Below, piece after piece: positions 8,079 through 15,893 of a stretch of 20,000 bases of DNA; the stretch's first letter is position 1, and each line of letters opens with the position of its first letter. This stretch comes from an uncultured virus (IMG/VR IMGVR_UViG_3300038443_001324) (lineage: Duplodnaviria > Heunggongvirae > Uroviricota > Caudoviricetes). Under the pieces are notes generated by a model. It was not told where the DNA came from and made no database searches. It was given only the letters and a program-made list of their open reading frames with translations. The position numbers were made by a program, and so were the translations under genes. The stretch lies in the IMG/VR virus record IMGVR_UViG_3300038443_001324. One strand, given 5' to 3'.

Positions 8079-8648
8079 ATGAACATCGATAAAACGGAAT
8101 ATCAGCCAACCATCGAGCAGCTCACGCAGATTCATTCGCGCTTTGCTTTCGAGGCCGTGCAGACGTTCAACGAGCACGGCGAGCACCGCCCGACGCTGAT
8201 CGTGGCCACGGTGCACCCGGACGGCTCGTGCAGGCACATGCAGATGCCCGATTTCGCTGTGCTGCCCTACTTCTCGGCCGATTCGCACGCGCAGCAGCGG
8301 CAAAACGTGGCGCTGCTCGCCGCGAAGATCCGCAGCATTTTGCTGCCCGGCCCCGTTCGCGAAAACATGGCTAGGCTCGCGCCGGCGCCGAATGTGGTCA
8401 TCCAGATCAATGAGGCGTGGTCTGCCTCTACCGATGACCCGGATCGCGGCAAGCTACCCGAGAGGCTGGAAGACGCCCCCGGCCGCGTCGAAGTCATCGC
8501 GATCCAGCTGCACACGCCCCGCGGCACGCATATCGGCTACAGCCCGATCCACGATAACCCAAGGCGCGCGGAAGTCGGCACGCTGTACACGGAGCGCATG
8601 ATCGGCGGCAACAATGCGATGCCCGACGCTGACAGGGTGTTGCACTGA
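8079..8648 (+). CDS. Hypothetical protein (189 aa)
   Basis: Typical codon usage; TGATG coupling to the next gene. Confidence 0.75.
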   Translation: MNIDKTEYQPTIEQLTQIHSRFAFEAVQTFNEHGEHRPTLIVATVHPDGSCRHMQMPDFAVLPYFSADSHAQQRQNVALLAAKIRSILLPGPVRENMARLAPAPNVVIQINEAWSASTDDPDRGKLPERLEDAPGRVEVIAIQLHTPRGTHIGYSPIHDNPRRAEVGTLYTERMIGGNNAMPDADRVLH

Positions 8649-8833
8649 TGGTCGCCATTCGCAAGTGCATGAAATGCGGCGGCAGCGGGCACGTGCTCGA
8701 GGCGATCGCCGGCGCGCTCGAGCCGGTGAAGTGCCCACGCTGTGGCGGCGATGGCCGCATGGTGCTTAATCCGCCGCGATCGCGAGCCGTTAACGAGCCA
8801 CAGGAACCCAAAAAGCAGCCGAGGCTGCTATGA
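8648..8833 (+). CDS. Small DnaJ-type zinc-finger protein
   Basis: CMKCGGSG and CPRCGGDG (two CxxCxGxG motifs). Confidence 0.7.
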   Translation: MVAIRKCMKCGGSGHVLEAIAGALEPVKCPRCGGDGRMVLNPPRSRAVNEPQEPKKQPRLL

Positions 8834-9291
8834 GGGTCGGTCGCCCTGTAAAGCCGATGCCGCAGCCCGTTTGCCCGTATTGCGATCAGAAGGCCAAGCT
8901 GCTGCGCGCCGGCGAGCCCGGCTACCCCTACGAAGCGCGGCATCCGGACGAAGTTCGCGATTATGGCCCGATGTGGACGTGCGCGCCCTGCCAGGCGTGG
9001 GTCGGTGTACACGCCAACAGCCGCCGGCATGTGCCGCTCGGGCGCCTGGCCAACGCCGAGCTGCGCCAGTGGAAAAGCAACGTGCACGCGGTTTTTGACC
9101 CGCTCTGGCAGGCCAAGGTGCGGCGAGACGGCTGCAACAAATTCGAAGCGCGCAACGCCGGGTACAAGTGGCTGGCCGGGGAGCTTGGCATCGACGTGAA
9201 GGAATGCCATGTCGGCATGTTCGATATCGAACGATGCCAGCGTGCGATCGAAATTATCACGTCCGTGACAAAAAGGCCGCGCAAAACGTAA
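8830..9291 (+). CDS. DUF3268-family zinc-finger protein
   Basis: CPYC...CAPCQAWVGVH...PLGRLANAELR...HAVFDPLWQ...YKWLAGELGI...CHVGMFD. Confidence 0.85.
   Translation: MRVGRPVKPMPQPVCPYCDQKAKLLRAGEPGYPYEARHPDEVRDYGPMWTCAPCQAWVGVHANSRRHVPLGRLANAELRQWKSNVHAVFDPLWQAKVRRDGCNKFEARNAGYKWLAGELGIDVKECHVGMFDIERCQRAIEIITSVTKRPRKT
9255..9270. promoter_or_regulatory. Putative operator TATCAC-GTCC-GTGACA
   Basis: Member of the 16-bp palindrome family; lies about 30 bp upstream of extended -10 TGcTATAGT (9298-9306). Confidence 0.6.
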
Positions 9292-9346
9292 AAGACTTGC
9301 TATAGTCACTCCATCTTTTCGATATCGATTTGATGGAGTGCAAACC

Positions 9347-9520
9347 GTGTTCCGCCACTATTCCAACGCTGATTCCGAAGAAGATCCGATCCTCCCGCGA
9401 TATCCGCGGCTGTGCCGAGAGTGCCGGCTCTCGTTTGGCCACTCCATGGGCTGCCCCGAGGCAGACGATCTGGCCGAAAGCGATATCGAAACGCTATCGG
9501 ATAACATGCAAAATGATTGA
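9347..9520 (+). CDS. Small protein with CxxC...H..GC motif
   Basis: GGAG RBS 8 nt before the GTG at 9347; CRECRLSFGHSMGCP. Confidence 0.55.
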   Translation: MFRHYSNADSEEDPILPRYPRLCRECRLSFGHSMGCPEADDLAESDIETLSDNMQND

Positions 9521-9716
9521 TTTACAGCGACACCGCTTCCAATGCGAGGTACGCGCTCTGCTTAAACTACGGTACGAGAAGGGAGAGCAAGCGCGCGACC
9601 AGTACATCGCAGAGGTACGCAAGAAACGCGGCGCGCAAGCAGTCGATGAACTGGTTTCAGCAGCGGTCGAGCAGTGGCGGCTCGGCAATCGGGGGCGCCC
9701 TAATGATTGGCGCTAA
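9513..9716 (+). CDS. Phage hypothetical protein (67 aa)
   Basis: MIDLQRHRFQCEVRALL...VRKKRG...QWRLGNRG..DWR, a pattern common in proteobacterial phages. Confidence 0.8.
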   Translation: MIDLQRHRFQCEVRALLKLRYEKGEQARDQYIAEVRKKRGAQAVDELVSAAVEQWRLGNRGRPNDWR

Positions 9717-9720
9717 TAAA

Positions 9721-9799
9721 TGTAACCCGGGTGATTATTTTTCTTGCCTGTAGCGCGTGATGCGCCTATAGTCGGCTAGGATTTGTCACCCGGGAGATA
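9721..9799 (+). promoter_or_regulatory. Promoter TTGCCT-17-TATAGT flanked by two 16-bp operator-like palindromes
   Basis: -35 at 9744-9749, -10 at 9767-9772; TGTAAC-CCGG-GTGATT at 9721, TGTCAC-CCGG-GAGATA at 9784; spacer contains GCGCGTGATGCGCC. Confidence 0.72.
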
Positions 9800-9804
9800 A
9801 AAAA

Positions 9805-10086
9805 ATGTCCAGTGTATGGCTCACACTCGCATCGGATCCGAAGAACCCGCAAAAGCTAGCCGGCAGGCTCGGCCAACGGGAAGCAACGCGCTATATGCGC
9901 GGCCGCACCATCGAATACGTGAAAGCCGGTGCAGGCGCCGGCCTCGCCCACGAGGTGAAACTGTGTGGCGACACGGTGCTGCTGTTCTGCAATGGCAAGC
10001 TGGACGGCTCCCTGCACGTGGAGCATCTGTCCCCGCCGACGCTGCCGGGCAAGGGCGACAATTGGGTATCCAAGGCGACACAGTGA
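9805..10086 (+). CDS. Hypothetical protein (93 aa)
   Basis: GGAGA RBS, downstream of the promoter. Confidence 0.75.
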   Translation: MSSVWLTLASDPKNPQKLAGRLGQREATRYMRGRTIEYVKAGAGAGLAHEVKLCGDTVLLFCNGKLDGSLHVEHLSPPTLPGKGDNWVSKATQ

Positions 10087-10301
10087 TGATCCAGCCACCG
10101 CCGCGAGACCCGCGCACGCGCTATAACGATGCGATTCGGCGGCTGCAACGCCACGCGATCGATCGCATCGAAGCAGCGAACAATTCCGCCCGCACGCTTC
10201 CTCGCCTGCGCGCTGAGATTACCGCCGCGCTCGAAGAGCTCGAGGAACTCACGAACGAGGCCGAGGCGCGCTATCGCAAGGCGCTGCGCAGCCGAAACTG
10301 A
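10086..10301 (+). CDS. Small coiled-coil hypothetical protein (71 aa)
   Basis: TGATG coupling; LRAEITAALEELEELTNEAEARYR. Confidence 0.65.
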   Translation: MIQPPPRDPRTRYNDAIRRLQRHAIDRIEAANNSARTLPRLRAEITAALEELEELTNEAEARYRKALRSRN

Positions 10302-10320
10302 CGCTATTCATCCCACCAGC

Positions 10321-10348
10321 AAAAAGCCCGCGTTGCGCGGGCTTTTTC
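10321..10348. terminator. Bidirectional rho-independent terminator
   Basis: AAAAAGCCCGCG-TTG-CGCGGGCTTTTT between convergent genes. Confidence 0.9.
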
Positions 10349-10349
10349 A

Positions 10350-10372
10350 TGTCGTTTCAATATCGATTCGCT
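10350..10372 (-). repeat. 23-bp dispersed repeat, copy 2
   Basis: Reverse complement AGCGAATCGATATTGAAACGACA, between the endolysin stop and the terminator. Confidence 0.7.
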
Positions 10373-10874
10373 ACCAAGCAGCGGCCGCGCCCGTTACCGT
10401 GCCGCCGTTGAGCACATAGGCCGCCTTGAGGAAGTCGAGCGGCTGCGTGTGCTGCCCGTACGAATTGCCCGGCAAGCTGGCCCATATGTGCGCGCAGTTG
10501 GTGATCACCGTGGCGATATCGCCCGCTTGCGCGGCCCCGTACGCGCGGCTTTCCTTGATCTGCTGAATGGCGTACCGGTCCTGCGAAAGCGGCCCGAAGT
10601 CTGGCAGCTCGAGCTGCGCCTTATAGGCTGGCCACCAGTGCGACATGATTTGGTAGCGGCCCGCCGCATCGGAGTTACACGCGGGCACGTATATCCGCGG
10701 ATGGTCGGCGTAGCTGGCGAACGAGTGGATCGCGTTCGGCGTCGAGCCTACCAGCACGTTATAGCCGTTATCAGACCCGTTGAGCACGGCCTGCAGCAGC
10801 TCGCTCGTGGCGATCATGTCGAGCGCGGCGCACACATTCAGGCCGCCGGCGGCGCTAGGGCTAATTACCGGCAT
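10371..10874 (-). CDS. Endolysin, lambda R-like lytic transglycosylase (GH104)
   Basis: LDMIATSE...GYNVLVG...SDAAGRYQI...DFGPLSQD...WASLPGNSYGQ; GGAGG RBS before the ATG at 10874. Confidence 0.9.
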   Translation of the reverse strand: MPVISPSAAGGLNVCAALDMIATSELLQAVLNGSDNGYNVLVGSTPNAIHSFASYADHPRIYVPACNSDAAGRYQIMSHWWPAYKAQLELPDFGPLSQDRYAIQQIKESRAYGAAQAGDIATVITNCAHIWASLPGNSYGQHTQPLDFLKAAYVLNGGTVTGAAAAW

Positions 10875-11133
10875 TGGACGCGCCTCCCGTTGCGGGTTGG
10901 CCCGCGCTCTCGCCAAACTGCACGACGCGCGCGAGGATCACGAGTACAAAAGCGGCGATCGCCACGTAGTGCGCGGTGCCGTGCGGCAGCGCGTCTTTGA
11001 GATCCTGCGGCATCCGCGACCATTCATCCTCGAGCGCGTGCCCGAGCTCGAGCATCGCGATCATGGCGCCAGCAACGCGCACGCTGCCCAAGCGGTGCGC
11101 CGCCTGCCAATTGGGTATTAGACGGAGTTTCAT
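10861..11133 (-). CDS. Putative holin
   Basis: MKLRLIPNWQAAHRLGSV...WSRMPQDLK..LP..hydrophobic segment..ARVVQ; immediately upstream of the endolysin. Confidence 0.7.
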   Translation of the reverse strand: MKLRLIPNWQAAHRLGSVRVAGAMIAMLELGHALEDEWSRMPQDLKDALPHGTAHYVAIAAFVLVILARVVQFGESAGQPATGGASNAGN

Positions 11134-11474
11134 GCGGTTCCCTTAATCGAGGCGATCCAGTGCTTGAAGCTGTAGAGAGCGAAGGCCCCAAGGCCTAGAA
11201 GAACGGCCCACGTGCTCGACTTCAAAACGTGGACGAGAAGCGCTTGGCGGATGCGCTTGCGCTCGGCAAGCGCCTGCATGACTTCCTCGTGATAGCGGCG
11301 GTGGCCTTCGACGTCTGCGTCGGGGAATGCTTTGAGCAGCTGATCAATTTTTCGGCCCTGATCGGCGAGCTGCTCGTTTTGCTTGGCGAGGGTTTCGTCT
11401 GTCGCGCTGTGGCGCGACTCGAGATCGCCGCGCAAGGCATTGATCGCCGCGACGACGGCTTCTTGTTCGGGCAT
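11130..11474 (-). CDS. Lysis-region membrane protein (coiled coil plus C-terminal TM)
   Basis: AFPDADVEGHRRYHE motif followed by WAVLLGLGAFALY; ATGA-coupled to the holin. Confidence 0.7.
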   Translation of the reverse strand: MPEQEAVVAAINALRGDLESRHSATDETLAKQNEQLADQGRKIDQLLKAFPDADVEGHRRYHEEVMQALAERKRIRQALLVHVLKSSTWAVLLGLGAFALYSFKHWIASIKGTA

Positions 11475-11551
11475 GGGGGCTCCGGTACGCGCGCCGGCGA
11501 GCGGCCGGCGCTGATAGCAAGCGGGCGCTGTGGAAGCGCCCGTCGACGTAC

Positions 11552-12919
11552 TTAAGCGGTGGCCTTAGCGCGCGAGCGCTTCGGTTTCGGAGCTGGGGGG
11601 GCAGAAGAGGTAAGGACGGCGTCGGGCTTTCGCTCGGCGAGGATCTCGGTGAAGGTGCGGCCGTCCCTTTCGAGGATTGCATTTTGCCCGGTGAAGGCCT
11701 GCCAGCGCAACACGATCGCGTCGACGAACTTCGGGTCGAGCTCCATGAGGTAGGCCGTGCGCCCCGTCTGCTCGCAGCCGATCATCGTCGAGCCGGATCC
11801 TCCGAACAGATCTAGCACGGCGTCGCCCGCCTTGCTGCTGTTCTCGATCGCGCGGCGCACGAGCTCGACAGGCTTTTGCGTGGGGTGCACATAATCGCGT
11901 TCGCGGTCGACGTTCCACACGGTCGATTGATCGCGGCCGCCATACCAGGCCGCGCGGCCGCCACTCGAGTAAATGCACGGCTCATGCTTGGCGCGGTAGT
12001 CGCCAAAGCCCCCGCCCATTTGGTTTTTCACCCAAATGATGTGCGACGAGAGCTTGCGCTCGACCATGTTGAGCGCCTTGATGAACTCGGCCGTTGTCAT
12101 GTCGGCGTGCCATACGTACCACGGCGCCGCGGGCTTGAGAGCGGGCACGGCGCTCGAGAACGCTTCGTACAGGAAGTCGACGAGGCCATCGCCCTCGAGC
12201 TTGTCGTTCTTGATGCCTTCCCATTCCTTATGTCCACCCTTGTATGCCACGCCGTAGGGCGGATCTGTGTGCAGCAGATCGGCGCGCGTGCCAGCCATCA
12301 AGCGGTCCACTTCATCGGTCATCGTTGAATCGCCGCACAAGAGGCGGTGCCGCCCGAGTATCCAGAGATCACCCGCCATCGAGACGGGATCGTTCGGGAT
12401 ATTGGGCACCTGATCCTCGTCGATTTTGCCGGCCACCGTCTCGGGCGCGAGGATCTCGGCGAGCTGCTCGCCAAAGCCAAGCAGATCGAGCTCGAAGCCG
12501 AGCTCGGCGAGCGCGTCGAGCTCGAGCTTGAGCAGGTTGTAATCCCAGCCGGCGAGGGTGGCGAGCTGGTTGTCGGCGATCACATAGGCGCGCTGCTCGA
12601 CGGGAGAGAGGTGCGAGAGATCGATGGTCGGCACGCGCGAACCATCGCACATGCGAATGCTTTGGCCGGCCTTGAACATGTCGAGCGCACCGATGATGCG
12701 CCCATGGCCCGCGATGATGCCTTTGTTGCCGTCGAGTAGGACGGGGTTCGTGAAGCCGAATTCTTCGAAGCTGCGTTTAATCGCAGCGATTTGATCGGCG
12801 CTATGCGTGCGCGAATTGCTCGCGTACGGCTCGAGCTCGGCCGCCTCGCGGTAGACGATCTGCAGGCCTGCGAAGGCCGGGTCGCTGCCCGCAATGATCG
12901 GCTCGTTCTTTTTTGCCAT
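11552..12919 (-). CDS. ParB-N-terminal-domain / N6-N4 DNA methyltransferase fusion
   Basis: PYASNSRTHS..QI...FGFTNPVL...IAGHGR...YVIADN (ParB-like); TDPPYGV, HPTQKPVEL, DLFGGSGST, MELDPKFVD (MTase). Confidence 0.92.
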   Translation of the reverse strand: MAKKNEPIIAGSDPAFAGLQIVYREAAELEPYASNSRTHSADQIAAIKRSFEEFGFTNPVLLDGNKGIIAGHGRIIGALDMFKAGQSIRMCDGSRVPTIDLSHLSPVEQRAYVIADNQLATLAGWDYNLLKLELDALAELGFELDLLGFGEQLAEILAPETVAGKIDEDQVPNIPNDPVSMAGDLWILGRHRLLCGDSTMTDEVDRLMAGTRADLLHTDPPYGVAYKGGHKEWEGIKNDKLEGDGLVDFLYEAFSSAVPALKPAAPWYVWHADMTTAEFIKALNMVERKLSSHIIWVKNQMGGGFGDYRAKHEPCIYSSGGRAAWYGGRDQSTVWNVDRERDYVHPTQKPVELVRRAIENSSKAGDAVLDLFGGSGSTMIGCEQTGRTAYLMELDPKFVDAIVLRWQAFTGQNAILERDGRTFTEILAERKPDAVLTSSAPPAPKPKRSRAKATA

Positions 12920-13355
12920 TCAATTTCTCGCCATTGTGATAGTAACGGCGAGATATTAGCGCATTGCGCGCCATTTGCAGCACGCGAGCATGGCGCAAGC
13001 GAAGCATGGCCACGAGCGGAGCGAAAAAGCGCACAGGATCGGCCGGCGCGCCGGCGAGCTCGAGCTGCTCAGTGAGCGCCTCGACGCGGCGATGGCAGCG
13101 CGTGCAAAGCACCATTCGGTTTCGCGCACGGTTATCGCGCGTGAGCCGGTAGGGAATCAGGTGGTGATTTTCGAGGTTGCGGGTGTACTGGCAACCGGGC
13201 AATAGGAGGGAGCAGAACGGCTGGCGCATCCGATCGGCCGACGAAATCGCCTTCCAACCAGGTCCGCGATCCCGAGGGTCGCCCCTCGAAATCGCGTACG
13301 CACCCGGCACAACTCTGATTACTCCGAGGGCTTGTGATCGCATTGGATCGGCCAT
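12801..13355 (-). CDS. HNH endonuclease
   Basis: RGPGWKAIS..R.RQPFC....GC...ENHHLIPY...DNRARNRMVLCTRCH; 3' end overlaps the MTase start by 119 bp. Confidence 0.75.
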   Translation of the reverse strand: MADPMRSQALGVIRVVPGAYAISRGDPRDRGPGWKAISSADRMRQPFCSLLLPGCQYTRNLENHHLIPYRLTRDNRARNRMVLCTRCHRRVEALTEQLELAGAPADPVRFFAPLVAMLRLRHARVLQMARNALISRRYYHNGEKLNGKKERADHCGQRPGLRRPADRLPRGGRARAVREQFAHA

Positions 13356-13454
13356 CGAGCACTGAAGAGCCGCCAGTGTAACGTTTTCGCGTGGCCGTGG
13401 GACGAATGATTCGCACCTAAAACACCACTAATCGCGCTTTTTGCTAAAAAAGAG

Positions 13455-13482
13455 TTGCAATTTATCACGCCGGTGATAGTGT
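13455..13482 (+). promoter_or_regulatory. Promoter TTGCAA-16-TAGTGT overlapping perfect palindrome TATCAC-GCCG-GTGATA
   Basis: Palindrome at 13463-13478 occupies the spacer; upstream A-tract. Confidence 0.7.
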
Positions 13483-13554
13483 CTCGACCACGGCATCGTT
13501 AGATGCTGTAACAACGGCGCGAAAAGCGCACCACAAAATATCAAGAGGAAAAAA

Positions 13555-13902
13555 GTGCAGACCATCGAACACACCGCAGTAGCGCGCCGGCTTGTGCGCG
13601 CCAGCGCACGCAGTGTCCCGCAGCGCGAAAGAGCGCCAGCGCGCGCGGCTATCCATGCCCTCGCGGGCCTTATGGCCTTCACAGAACGGGAGTGGTTCAT
13701 TGCAGTTTTCTCGTTCGCTGCCGGTGTGATCGTTGTCATTTTGTTTCTTGGAGACGCTTACTATGCTGCCCCTCACGCTCAAGACGTTGCTCAATCCCGC
13801 GGCGCGATCGCTTCAACCCAAGGCCCCGGCCGCACGGGCACCGAGCGCTTCGGCTACGCCCATCGCCCGCGCTTCCATCAAACCGCCTATGAACGCAGCT
13901 GA
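13555..13902 (+). CDS. Hypothetical membrane protein (115 aa)
   Basis: GAGG RBS, GTG start, TM segment WFIAVFSFAAGVIVVILFL. Confidence 0.65.
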   Translation: MQTIEHTAVARRLVRASARSVPQRERAPARAAIHALAGLMAFTEREWFIAVFSFAAGVIVVILFLGDAYYAAPHAQDVAQSRGAIASTQGPGRTGTERFGYAHRPRFHQTAYERS

Positions 13903-14200
13903 ACGCGCCTTCTACGCGAATCCGGCGATGGAGAAGCGCCGGCGCGACATGATCGCAATGCTGGGCGATCGCTGGATGGGCCACGGCCGTCATGCGCCGC
14001 CCAAGGGCGATTACACGCAGCTGCCGCCTGAGAAGCAGGCCGAGCTCAAAGGATGGATCTGTGCGGCCGAGCACCTCGAGCAGACGGCCGACGCGATCGG
14101 CGGCAATGCGGGCGATGCGTTCCGTGCGTCAGCTACTCGGCTGCGCGTGCGGGCCCGTGATCTGTTCGCGCATGGGATCGGCGGCACACATGCGCAATAG
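13889..14200 (+). CDS. Hypothetical protein (103 aa)
   Basis: Probable start MNAAERAFY at 13889; tiles with its neighbours. Confidence 0.6.
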   Translation: MNAAERAFYANPAMEKRRRDMIAMLGDRWMGHGRHAPPKGDYTQLPPEKQAELKGWICAAEHLEQTADAIGGNAGDAFRASATRLRVRARDLFAHGIGGTHAQ

Positions 14201-14711
14201 CAGGCTCGCAATCGCTACGCGCGCCCAGCACCAGCGGCGCGCGCAGATCGAGCGGCAGGCACGCGCGCTTGCCTATACCGAGATGCGCGCCCGCGCGAAA
14301 GCCCAAAAGCGCCCGATGCCCGATAGCCAAATCGTCGAGATTGCGCTCGCTGCGCACATGGCGATTGCATCGATGAGCGGCAGCTGCGCCGATGACGATC
14401 ACTGGCACGTGCTCGCGTGCGCGATGAATTACACGCTCGTGCTGTGCGAGCTTGGCATCGGCGCCGACGATATCGAGATTGCACAGCACGCGCTCGGCGC
14501 GCTCGTCTCGGCTCAGGACCGACGCGAGCGCCTCGGTCGTTGGGGTTTCACCGGCGACGAGCTCACCGATATCCGCGTCGCTGTTGAGCTGCACACGCGC
14601 CAGCTGGAAACGGCCACGCGCGAGCAGTTGACCACCGCACAAACCACCATTCATAGGCGCCTCGCAGCGGGCGATCACTACAAGCGACAACCCGAACAAG
14701 AGGCAGCATGA
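14190..14711 (+). CDS. Betaproteobacterial phage helical protein (173 aa)
   Basis: AHMAIASM..G....WHVLACAMNY...LCELGIG...R..R.GRWGFTGDEL...HTRQL pattern. Confidence 0.75.
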   Translation: MRNSRLAIATRAQHQRRAQIERQARALAYTEMRARAKAQKRPMPDSQIVEIALAAHMAIASMSGSCADDDHWHVLACAMNYTLVLCELGIGADDIEIAQHALGALVSAQDRRERLGRWGFTGDELTDIRVAVELHTRQLETATREQLTTAQTTIHRRLAAGDHYKRQPEQEAA

Positions 14712-15421
14712 GCAAGTACCGCCCTAGCCCCGCTGTATATCTCGGCAATACCCTGTTTGCGACGATTCTCGGCGCGCCACACACCGAGTTGCTCGACCTC
14801 GAAATCGCTACTGAGCACGATATCGAAGTCGAGCTCGTGCACCGCACGCTCGACCGCTACGTGTCGAGCGAGTGGCTCACGGTAACGCTCAAGCCCAACC
14901 CCATGCGGCCCACGCAAATGCTGCGGCTGTATGCGGTTTCGCAGGGCTACCACGAGCGCAAGCTGCAGCCGCCGGAAGCGCCAAGGCGGCAGGCAGAAGC
15001 GCCGCTCAGGGCGCCCAAGCGCGATCGCGCAGCGACCGTCGATGCGGTGTTGCCCCCAATGTTGAAAGCTACCCCTTCAGAAGCCGTCCCTTCAGAGCCG
15101 CCCCTTGTCGAACCTCCCCCGCCCGTAATCGCGCCTGCGGCCAAGCCCGCGGCGAACTCAGAGGAAATCAAAATGCCCCGTGGTGTTTACCAGCGCAACA
15201 AGAGCGCGACGCAAGACAAAAACGGCAGCGCCTTCTCGTGCGCGATGTTTGACGATGACCGGCTGCTGATTCGCGCTGGCGGGAAATCGATCGAGCTCGA
15301 GCCGGGCGATACCGAGCGCCTCGCAGCGTATTTGCGGCGCATTGGGCGTCTGCATGACTTCGCCCTCACCGAGCTTGCGTCGACCGGCGTGGATATCGAT
15401 CGCGCGCACCAGCCCGCATGA
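14708..15421 (+). CDS. Hypothetical protein with Pro-rich linker (237 aa)
   Basis: ATGA overlap; two globular-looking parts separated by a P/E/A-rich linker. Confidence 0.7.
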   Translation: MSKYRPSPAVYLGNTLFATILGAPHTELLDLEIATEHDIEVELVHRTLDRYVSSEWLTVTLKPNPMRPTQMLRLYAVSQGYHERKLQPPEAPRRQAEAPLRAPKRDRAATVDAVLPPMLKATPSEAVPSEPPLVEPPPPVIAPAAKPAANSEEIKMPRGVYQRNKSATQDKNGSAFSCAMFDDDRLLIRAGGKSIELEPGDTERLAAYLRRIGRLHDFALTELASTGVDIDRAHQPA

Positions 15422-15546
15422 AATCGAAATTGAAACGCCATCGCTCCGATATCTTTTTGATCGTGCTTTGCCTAGCCACGCTCACATACTCCTATACGCG
15501 CGCGCCCAGCGCACGGCCGGCTACGGTATGCCGTGGCGATCGGTGA
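15418..15546 (+). CDS. 42-aa membrane/secreted peptide
   Basis: ATGA overlap; MKSKLKRHRSDIFLIVLCLATLTYSYTRAPSARPATVCRGDR. Confidence 0.45.
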   Translation: MKSKLKRHRSDIFLIVLCLATLTYSYTRAPSARPATVCRGDR

Positions 15547-15569
15547 GCTTTTGCAGGAGGTAAACGAGG

Positions 15570-15758
15570 ATGCGATGCCCGGATTGCAACAGTAAGACGC
15601 GCGTGCTCGAGTCGCTGGCCGCCGGCCCCCGCGGCGAGGTGCGCCGCCGGCGCGCCTGCGTGGCCAAAGAATGCGGCAAGCGATTCAGCACGCTCGAGGT
15701 GCCCATCACCGGGCACACGCCGACGAACCCCCTAGAGATTGCGAAGCAACCGCGCTAG
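15570..15758 (+). CDS. Stand-alone NrdR-like zinc-ribbon protein
   Basis: MRCPDC..TRVLES.....VRRRRAC..CGKRFSTLE; strong AGGAGG/GAGG RBS; no ATP-cone. Confidence 0.8.
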   Translation: MRCPDCNSKTRVLESLAAGPRGEVRRRRACVAKECGKRFSTLEVPITGHTPTNPLEIAKQPR

Positions 15759-15791
15759 TCATTACGAAGCGCATACCTACGTCGTGTTTTT

Positions 15792-15856
15792 TATCACAGG
15801 CGTAACAAAATACTTGCATAAGGCGTGGGACGGACGATATGGTCTGCCCACGCCTT
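15792..15856 (+). promoter_or_regulatory. Operator TATCAC-AGGC-GTAACA plus promoter TTGCAT-18-TATGGT within an inverted repeat
   Basis: Operator 15792-15807; -35 at 15814; -10 at 15838; arms AAGGCGTGGG/CCCACGCCTT. Confidence 0.6.
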
Positions 15857-15893
15857 TCGTTTTGGGGCGCGTCGAAAACAAAGGGAACTTACA

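Noticed and set aside
6039..8303. Long minus-strand ORFs 6039-7058 and 7347-8303
   Set aside because: Antisense shadows of the GC-rich ParB gene with no recognisable motifs.
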